Below, one piece after another: positions 54,201 through 64,000 of a stretch of 64,000 bases of DNA. Below the pieces are notes generated by a model. It was given only the letters and a program-made list of their open reading frames with translations, had not been told where the DNA came from and did not search any database. This DNA comes from Eledone cirrhosa. Lineage: Eukaryota. Every line of letters starts with the position of its first letter. Within the stretch, counting starts at the first letter, position 1. The stretch lies in NCBI GenBank assembly GCA_964016885.1, contig OZ024741.1:415276001-415340000 (forward strand), given 5' to 3'. The position numbers were made by a program, and so were the translations under genes.

Positions 54201-57200
54201 ATCTACAGTTGTCTTAACCCTTTAGTTTCCAGTCTAGTCAACACTGACCAGCACTATTATCTACAGTTGTCGTAACACTTTAGTTACCAATCTGGTCAAC
54301 ACTTACCAGGACTATTACCTACAGTTGATGTAACCCTTTAGTTACCAACCTGGTCAACACTAACCAGGACTATTACCTACAGTTGTCTTAACCCTTTAAA
54401 TTCCAACCTGGTCAACACTGACCAGGACTATTACCTACAGTTGATGTAACCCTTTAGTTACCAACCTGGTCAACACTAACCAGGACTATTACCTACAGTT
54501 GTCTTAACCCTTTAAATTCCAACCTGGTCAACACTGACCAGGACTATTGCCTACAGTTGTCTTAACCCTTTAGTTACCAACCTGGTCAACACTGACCAGG
54601 ACTATTGCCTACATTTGTCTTAACCCTTTAGTTACCAACCTGGTCAACACTGACCAGAACTATTGCCTACAGTTGTCTTAACCCTTTAGTTACCAACCTG
54701 GTCAACACTGACCAGGACTATTACCTACAGTTGTCTTAACCCTTTAGTTACCAACCTGGTCAACACTGACCAGGACTATTACCTACAGTTGTCTTAACCC
54801 TTTAGTTACCAACCTGGTCAACACTTACCAGGACTATTACCTACAGTTGTCTTAACCCTTTAGTTACCAACCTGGTCAACACTAACCAGGACTATTACCT
54901 ACAGGTGTCTTAACCCTTTAGTTACCAACCTGGTCAACACTAACCAGGACTATTACCTACAGTTGTCTTAACCCTTTAGTTACCAACCTGGTCAACACTT
55001 ACCAGGACTATTACCTACAGTTGTCTTAACCCTTTAGTTACAAACCTGGTCAATAATAACCAGGACTATTACCTACAGTTGTCTTAACCCTTTAGTTACC
55101 AACCTGGTCAAGACTGACCAGGACTATTACCTACAGTTGTCTTAACCCTTTAGTTACTAACCTGGTCAACACTGACCAGGACTATTACCTACAGTTGTCC
55201 TAACCCTTTAGTTACCAATCTGGTCAACACTAACCAGGACTATTATCTACAGTTGTCTTAACCCTTTAGTTACCAACCTGGTCAAAACTTACCAGGACTA
55301 TTACCTACAGTTGTCTTAACCCTTTAGTTACCAACCTGGTCAACACTAACCAGGACTATTACCTACAGTTGTCTTAACCCTTTAGTTACCAGTCTGGTCA
55401 ACACTAACCAGGACTATTACCTACAGTTGTCTTAACACTTTAGTTACCAATCTGGTCAACACTGACCAGGACTATTACCTACAGTTCTCTTAACCCTTTA
55501 GTTACCAGCCTGGTCAACACTGACCAGCACTATTATCTACAGTTGTCTTAACCCTTTGGTTACCAACCTGGTCAACACTGACCAGCACTATTATGTACAG
55601 TTGTCGTAACCCTTTAGTTACCAACCTGGTCAACACTGACCAGGACTATTACCTACAGTTGTCTTAACCCTTTAGTTACCAACCTGGTCAACACTGACCA
55701 GAACTATTAGCTACAGTTGTCTTAACCCTTTAGTTACCAACCTGGTCAACACTAACCAGGACTATTACCTACAGTTGTCTTAACCCTTTAGTTACCAACC
55801 TGGTCAACACTTACCAGGACTATTACCTACAGTTGTCTTAACCCTTTAGTTACAAACCTTTTCAACAATAACCAGGACTATTACCTACAGTTGTCTTAAC
55901 CCTTTAGTTACCAACCTGGTCAACACTGACCAGAACTATTACCTACAGTTGTCTTAACCCTTTAGTTACTAACCTGGTCAACACTGACCAGGACTATTAC
56001 CTACAGTTGTCTTAACCCTTTAGTTCCCAACCTGGTCAACACTTACCAGGACTATTACCTACAGTTGTCTTAACCCTTTAGTTACCAACCTGGTCAACAC
56101 TAACCAGGACTATTACCTACAGTTGTCTTAACCCTTTAGTTACCAGTCTGGTCAACACTAACCAGGACTATTACCTACAGTTGTCTTAACACTTTAGTTA
56201 CCAATCTGGTCAACACTGACCAGGACTATTACCTACAGTTCTCTTAACCCTTTAGTTACCAGCCTGGTCAACACTGACCAGCACTATTATCTACAGTTGT
56301 CTTAACCCTTTGGTTACCAACCTGGTCAACACTGACCAGCACTATTATCTACAGTTGTCGTAACCCTTTAGTTACCAACCTGGTCAACACTGACCAGGAC
56401 TATTACCTACAGTTGTCTTAACCCTTTAGTTACCAACCTGGTCAACACTGACCAGAACTATTAGCTACAGTTGTCTTAACCCTTTAGTTACCAACCTGGT
56501 CAACACTAACCAGGACTATTACCTACAGTTGTCTTAACCCTTTAGTTACCAACCTGGTCAACACTTACCAGGACTATTACCTACAGTTGTCTTAACCCTT
56601 TAGTTACAAACCTGGTGAACAATAACCAGGACTATTACCTACAGTTGTCTTAACCCTTTATTTACCAACCTGGTCAACACTGACCAGGACTTACCTACAG
56701 TTGTCTTAACCCTTTAGTTACTAACCTGGTCAACACTGACCAGGACTATTACCTACAGTTGTCTTAACCCTTTAGTTACCAACCTGGTCAACACTTACCA
56801 GGACTATTACCTACAGTTGTCTTAACCCTTTAGTTACCAACCTGGTCAACACTAACCAGGACTATTACCTACAGTTGTCTTAACCCTTTAGTTACCTGTC
56901 TGGTCAACACTAACCAGGACTATTACCTAGAGTTGTCTTAACACTTTAGTTACCAATCTGGTCAACACTGACCAGGACTATTACCTACAGTTCTCTTAAC
57001 CCTTTAGTTACCAGCCTGGTCAACACTGACCAGCACTATTATCTACAGTTGTCTTAACCCTTTGGTTACCAACCTGGTCAACACTGACCAGCACTATTAT
57101 CTACAGTTGTCGTAACCCTTTAGTTACCAACCTGGTCAACACTGACCAGGACTATTACCTACAGTTGTCTTAACCCTTTAGTTACTAACCTGGTCAACAC

Positions 57201-60200
57201 TGACCAGGACTATTACCTACAGTTGTCTTAACCCTTTAGTTACCAACCTGGTCAACACTTACCAGGACTATTACCTACAGTTGTCTTAACCCTTTAGTTA
57301 CCAACCTGGTCAACACTAACCAGGACTATTACCTACACTTGTCTTAACCCTTTAGTTACCAGTCTGGTCAACACTAACCAGGACTATTACCTACAGTTGT
57401 CTTAACACTTTAGTTACCAATCTGGTCAACACTGACCAGGACTATTACCTACAGTTCTCTTAACCCTTTAGTTACCAGCCTGGTCAACACTGACCAGCAC
57501 TATTATCTACAGTTGTCTTAACCCTTTGGTTACCAACCTGGTCAACACTGACCAGCACTATTATCTACAGTTGTCGTAACCCTTTAGTTACCAACCTGGT
57601 CAACACTGACCAGGACTATTACCTACAGTTGTCTTAACCCTTTAGTTACCAACCTGGTCAACACTGACTAGAACTATTAGCTACAGTTGTCTTAACCCTT
57701 TAGTTACCAACCTGGTCAACACTAACCAGGACTATTACCTACAGTTGTCTTAACCCTTTAGTTACCAACCTGGTCAACACTTACCAGGACTATTACCTAC
57801 AGTTGTCTTAACCCTTTAGTTACAAACCTGGTCAACAATAACCAGGACTATTACCTACAGTTGTCTTAACCCTTTAGTTACCAACCTGGTCAACACTGAC
57901 CAGGACTATTACCTACAGTTGTCTTAACCCTTTAGTTACTAACCTGGTCAACACTGACCAGGACTATTACCTAGAGTTGTCCTAACCCTTTAGTTACCAA
58001 TCTGGTCAACACTAACCAGGACTATTATCTACAGTTGTCTTAACCCTTTAGTTACCAACCTGGTCAACACTTACCAGGACTATTACCTACAGTTGTCTTA
58101 ACCCTTTAGTTACCAACCTGGTCAACACTAACCAGGACTATTACCTACAGTTGTCTTAACCCTTTAGTTACCAGTCTGGTCAACACTAACCAGGACTATT
58201 ACCTACAGTTGTCTTAACACTTTAGTTACCAATCTGGTCAACACTGACCAGGACTATTACCTACAGTTCTCTTAACCCTTTAGTTACCAGCCTGGTCAAC
58301 ACTGACCAGCACTATTATCTACAGTTGTCTTAACCCTTTGGTTACCAACCTGGTCAACACTGACCAGCACTATTATGTACAGTTGTCGTAACCCTTTAGT
58401 TACCAACCTGGTCAACACTGACCGGGACTATTACCTACAGTTGTCTTAACCCTTTAGTTACCAACCTGGTCAACACTGACCAGAACTATTAGCTACAGTT
58501 GTCTTAACCCTTTAGTTACCAACCTGGTCAACACTAACCAGGACTATTACCTACAGTTGTCTTAACCCTTTAGTTACCAACCTGGTCAACACTTACCAGG
58601 ACTATTACCTACAGTTGTCTTAACCCTTTAGTTACAAACCTGGTCAACAATAACCAGGACTATTACCTACAGTTGTCTTAACCCTTTAGTTACCAACCTG
58701 GTCAACACTGACCAGGACTATTACCTACAGTTGTCTTAACCCTTTAGTTACTAACCTGGTCAACACTGACCAGGACTATTACCTACAGTTGTCTTAACGC
58801 TTTAGTTACCAACCTGGTCAACACTTACCAGGACTATTACCTACAGTTGTCTTAACCCTTTAGTTACCAACCTGGTCAACACTAACCAGGACTATTACCT
58901 ACAGTTGTCTTAACCCTTTAGTTACCAACCTGGTCAACACTGACCAGGACTATTACCTACAGTTGTCTTAACCCTTTAGTTACTAACCTGGTCAACACTG
59001 ACCAGCACTATTATCTACAGTTGTCGTAACACTTTAGTTACCAACCTGGTCAACACTTACCAGGACTATTACCTACAGTTGTCTTAACACTTTAGTTACC
59101 AACCTGGTCAACACTTACCAGGACTATTACCTACAGTTGTCTTATCCCTTTAGTTACCAACCTGGTCAACACTGACCAGGACTATTACCTACAGTTGTCT
59201 TAACCCTTTAGTTACCAACCTGGTCAACACTGACCAGGACTATTACCTACAGTTGTCTTAAACCTTTAGTTTCCAACCTGGTCAACACTGACCAGGAATA
59301 TTACCTGCAGTTGTCTTAACCCTTTAGTTACCAACCTGGTCAACACTGACCAGGACTATTGCCTAAAGTTGTCTTAACCCTTTAGTTAAGTTACCAACCT
59401 GGTCAATAGTGACCAGAACTATTACCTACAGTTGTCTTAACCCTTTAGTTACCAACCTGGTCAACACTGACCAGGACTATTACCTACAGTTGTCTTGACT
59501 CTTTAGTTTCCAACCTGGTCAACACTGACCAGGACTATTACCTTCAGTTGTCTTAACCCTTTAGTTACCAGTCTGCTCAACCCTGACCAGCACTATTATC
59601 TACAGTTGTCTTAACCCTTTAGTTACCACTCTGGTCAACACTGACCAGCACTATTATCTACAGTTGTCTTGACCCTTTAGTTACCAGTCTGGTCAACACT
59701 GACCAGGACTATTACCTACAGTTGTCGTAACACTTTAGTTATCAACCTAGTCAACACTAACCAGGACTATTATCTACAGTTGTCGTAACACTTTAGTTAC
59801 CAAACTGGTCAACACTTACCAGGACTATTACCTACAGTTGTCTTAACACTTTAGTTACCAGCCTGGTCAACACTTACCAGGACTATTACCTACAGTTGTC
59901 TTAACCCTTTAGTTACCAACCTAGTCAACACTAACCAGGACTATTAACTACAGTTGTCTTGACCCTTTAGTTACCAACCTGGTCAACATTGACCAGGACT
60001 ATTACCTACAGTTGTCTTAACCCTTTAGTTACCAACCTGGTCAACACTGACCAGGACTATTACCTACAGTTGTCTTAACCCTTTAGTTACCAACCTGGTC
60101 AACACTAACCAGGAATATTATCTACAGTTGTGTTAACCCTTTAGTTACCAACCTGGTCAACACTAACCAGGACTATTACCTACAGTTGTCTTAAACCTTT

Positions 60201-63200
60201 AGTTTCCAACCTGGTCAACACAGACCAGGACTATTACCTACAGTTGTCTTAACCCTTTAGTTACCAACCCAGTCAACACTAACCAGGACGATTACCTACA
60301 GTTCTCTTAACCCTTTAGTTACCAACCTGGTCAACACTTACCAGCACTATTATCTACAGTTGTCTTAAGCCTTTAGTTAACAGTCTGGTCAACACTGACC
60401 AGCACTATTATCTACAGTTGTCTTAACCCTTTAGTTACCAGTCTAGTCAACACTGACCAGCACTATTATCTACAGTTGTCGTAACACTTTAGTTACCAAC
60501 CTGGTCAACACTTACCAGGACTATTACCTACAGTTGATGTAACCCTTTAGTTACCAACCTGGTCAACACTAACCAGGACTATTACCTACAGTTGTCTTAA
60601 CCCTTTAAATTCCAACCTGGTCAACACTGACCAGGACTATTGCCTACAGTTGTCTTAACCCTTTAGTTACCAACATGGTCAACACTGACCAGGACTATTG
60701 CCTACATTTGTCTTAACCCTTTAGTTACCAACCTGGTCAACACTGATCAGAACTATTGCCTACAGTTGTCTTAACCCTTTAGTTACCAACCTGGTCAACA
60801 CTGACCAGGACTATTACCTACAGTTGTCTTAACCCTTTAGTTACCAACCTGGTCAACACTGACCAGGACTATTACCTACAGTTCTCTTAACCCTTTAGTT
60901 ACCAGTCTGGTCAACACTGACCAGCACTATTATCTACAGTTGTCTTAACCCTTTAGTTACCAACCTGGTCAACATTTACCAGGACTATTACCTACAGTTG
61001 TCTTAACCCTTTAGTTACCAACCTGGTCAACACTGACCAGGACTATTACCTACAGTTGTCTTAACCCTTTAGTTACCAACCTGGTCAACACTTACCAGGA
61101 CTATTACCTACAGTTGTCTTAACCCTTTAGTTACCAACCTGGTCAACACTAACCAGGACTATTACCTACAGGTGTCTTAACCCTTTAGTTACCAACCTGG
61201 TCAACACTAACCAGGACTACTACCTACAGTTGTCTTAACCCTTTAGTTACCAACCTGGTCAACACTTACCAGGACTATTACCTACAGTTGTCTTAACCCT
61301 TTAGTTACAAACCTGGTCAATAATAACCAGGACTATTACCTACAGTTGTCTTAACCCTTTAGTTACCAACCTGGTCAAGACTGACCAGGACTATTACCTA
61401 CAGTTGTCTTAACCCTTTAGTTACTAACCTGGTCAACACTGACCAGGACTATTACCTACAGTTGTCCTAACCCTTTAGTTACCAATCTGGTCAACACTAA
61501 CCAGGACTATTATCTACAGTTGTCTTAACCCTTTAGTTACCAACCTGGTCAAAACTTACCAGGACTATTACCTACAGTTGTCTTAACCCTTTAGTTACCA
61601 ACCTGGTCAACACTAACCAGGACTATTACCTACAGTTGTCTTAACCCTTTAGTTACCAGTCTGGTCAACACTAACCAGGACTATTACCTACAGTTGTCTT
61701 AACACTTTAGTTACCAATCTGGTCAACACTGACCAGGACTATTACCTACAGTTCTCTTAACCCTTTAGTTACCAGCCTGGTCAACACTGACCAGCACTAT
61801 TATCTACAGTTGTCTTAACCCTTTGGTTACCAACCTGGTCAACACTGACCAGCACTATTATGTACAGTTGTCGTAACCCTTTAGTTACCAACCTGGTCAA
61901 CACTGACCAGGACTATTACCTACAGTTGTCTTAACCCTTTAGTTACCAACCTGGTCAACACTGACCAGAACTATTAGCTACAGTTGTCTTAACCCTTTAG
62001 TTACCAACCTGGTCAACACTAACCAGGACTATTACCTACAGTTGTCTTAACCCTTTAGTTACCAACCTGGTCAACACTTACCAGGACTATTACCTACAGT
62101 TGTCTTAACCCTTTAGTTACAAACCTTTTCAACAATAACCAGGACTATTACCTACAGTTGTCTTAACCCTTTAGTTACCAACCTGGTCAACACTGACCAG
62201 AACTATTACCTACAGTTGTCTTAACCCTTTAGTTACTAACCTGGTCAACACTGACCAGGACTATTACCTACAGTTGTCTTAACCCTTTAGTTCCCAACCT
62301 GGTCAACACTTACCAGGACTATTACCTACAGTTGTCTTAACCCTTTAGTTACCAACCTGGTCAACACTAACCAGGACTATTACCTACAGTTGTCTTAACC
62401 CTTTAGTTACCAGTCTGGTCAACACTAACCAGGACTATTACCTACAGTTGTCTTAACACTTTAGTTACCAATCTGGTCAACACTGACCAGGACTATTACC
62501 TACAGTTCTCTTAACCCTTTAGTTACCAGCCTGGTCAACACTGACCAGCACTATTATCTACAGTTGTCTTAACCCTTTGGTTACCAACCTGGTCAACACT
62601 GACCAGCACTATTATCTACAGTTGTCGTAACCCTTTAGTTACCAACCTGGTCAACACTGACCAGGACTATTACCTACAGTTGTCTTAACCCTTTAGTTAC
62701 CAACCTGGTCAACACTGACCAGAACTATTAGCTACAGTTGTCTTAACCCTTTAGTTACCAACCTAGTCAACACTAACCAGGACTATTACCTACAGTTGTC
62801 TTAACCCTTTAGTTACCAACCTGGTCAACACTTACCAGGACTATTACCTACAGTTGTCTTAACCCTTTAGTTACAAACCTGGTCAACAATAACCAGGACT
62901 ATTACCTACAGTTGTCTTAACCCTTTAGTTACCAACCTGGTCAACACTGACCAGGACTTACCTACAGTTGTCTTAACCCTTTAGTTACTAACCTGGTCAA
63001 CACTGACCAGGACTATTACCTACAGTTGTCTTAACCCTTTAGTTACAAACCTGGTCAACACTTACCAGGACTATTACCTACAGTTGTCTTAACCCTTTAG
63101 TTACCAACCTGGTCAACACTAACCAGGACTATTACCTACAGTTGTCTTAACCCTTTAGTTACCTGTCTGGTCAACACTAACCAGGACTATTACCTAGAGT

Positions 63201-64000
63201 TGTCTTAACACTTTAGTTACCAATCTGGTCAACACTGACCAGGACTATTACCTACAGTTCTCTTAACCCTTTAGTTACCAGCCTGGTCAACACTGACCAG
63301 CACTATTATCTACAGTTGTCTTAACCCTTTGGTTACCAACCTGGTCAACACTGACCAGCACTATTATCTACAGTTGTCGTAACCCTTTAGTTACCAACCT
63401 GGTCAACACTGACCAGGACTATTACCTACAGTTGTCTTAACCCTTTAGTTACCAACCTGGTCAACACTAACCAGGACTATTACCTACAGTTGTCTTAACC
63501 CTTTAGTTACCAACCTGGTCAACACTTACCAGGACTATTACCTACTGTTGTCTTAACCCTTTAGTTACAAACCTGGTCAACAATAACCAGGACTATTACC
63601 TACAGTTGTCTTAACCCTTTAGTTACCAACCTGGTCAACACTGACCAGGACTATTACCTACAGTTGTCTTAACCCTTTAGTTACTAACCTGGTCAACACT
63701 GACCAGGACTATTACCTACAGTTGTCCTAACCCTTTAGTTACCAATCTGGTCAACACTAGCCAGGACTATTATCTACAGTTGTCTTAACCCTTTAGTTAC
63801 CAACCTGGTCAACACTTACCAGGACTATTACCTACAGTTGTCTTAACCCTTTAGTTACCAACCTGGTCAACACTTACCAGGACTATTACCTACAGTTGTC
63901 TTAACCCTTTAGTTACAAACCTGGTCAACACTGACCAGGACTATTACCTACAGGTGTCTTAACCCTTTAGTTACTAACCTGGTCAACACTGACCAGGACT
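15226..64000. repeat. 58-bp tandem satellite (~840 units; TTAACCCTTTAGTTACCAACCTGGTCAACACT[G/A/T]ACCAGGACTATTACCTACAGTTGTC) with higher-order structure, runs off the right edge; inside the intron following exon D
   Basis: Uninterrupted 58-nt period from 15226 to the window end. I saw no unique inserts or inversions, and no ORFs are reported in this region. Confidence 0.98.

Noticed and set aside
15226-64000. CRISPR array (palindromic repeat at regular spacing)
   Set aside because: There are no unique spacers (the whole 58-bp unit repeats) and no cas genes, and the context is a eukaryotic intron.
15226-64000. Telomeric or interstitial telomere repeat (TAACCC resembles CCCTAA)
   Set aside because: Only one TAACCC occurs per 58-bp unit and it is not tandem. 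It is better explained as a TTAA+CCC transposon-type end.

Overview
This is eukaryotic (animal) genomic DNA, not prokaryotic, and about 95% of it is tandem repeat. The SINE/MITE-like fragments resemble those I recall from octopus/cephalopod genomes (inference). A ~4.6 kb island (10.6-15.2 kb) holds four short + strand exons: 10706-10776, 12575-12699, 14620-14779 and 15049-15198. They have canonical GT-AG boundaries and matching phases (entry 1, then 0/2/0, exit 0), and splice into one 168-codon frame. That frame looks like the central part of a Rad21/Rec8-family cohesin kleisin, most like REC8 (ITMIEAQP motif, ExxR motifs, RKRRR..LMID.DT.L STAG/Scc3-binding segment). Four of the five introns carry their own unrelated tandem repeat: a 46-bp satellite (>10.5 kb) upstream, a 29-bp minisatellite, a 20-bp repeat, and a 58-bp satellite (>48.7 kb, ~840 units) that starts 27 nt past the last visible splice donor. 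The 58-bp unit contains an 8-bp hairpin, begins with a piggyBac-like TTAA-CCC end shared with a nearby MITE, and shows nested higher-order periodicity (13/14-mers, ~107-111-mers, 18 and 29 kb duplications). The many His/Pro/Leu-rich ORFs in 1-10.6 kb are satellite translation artefacts.
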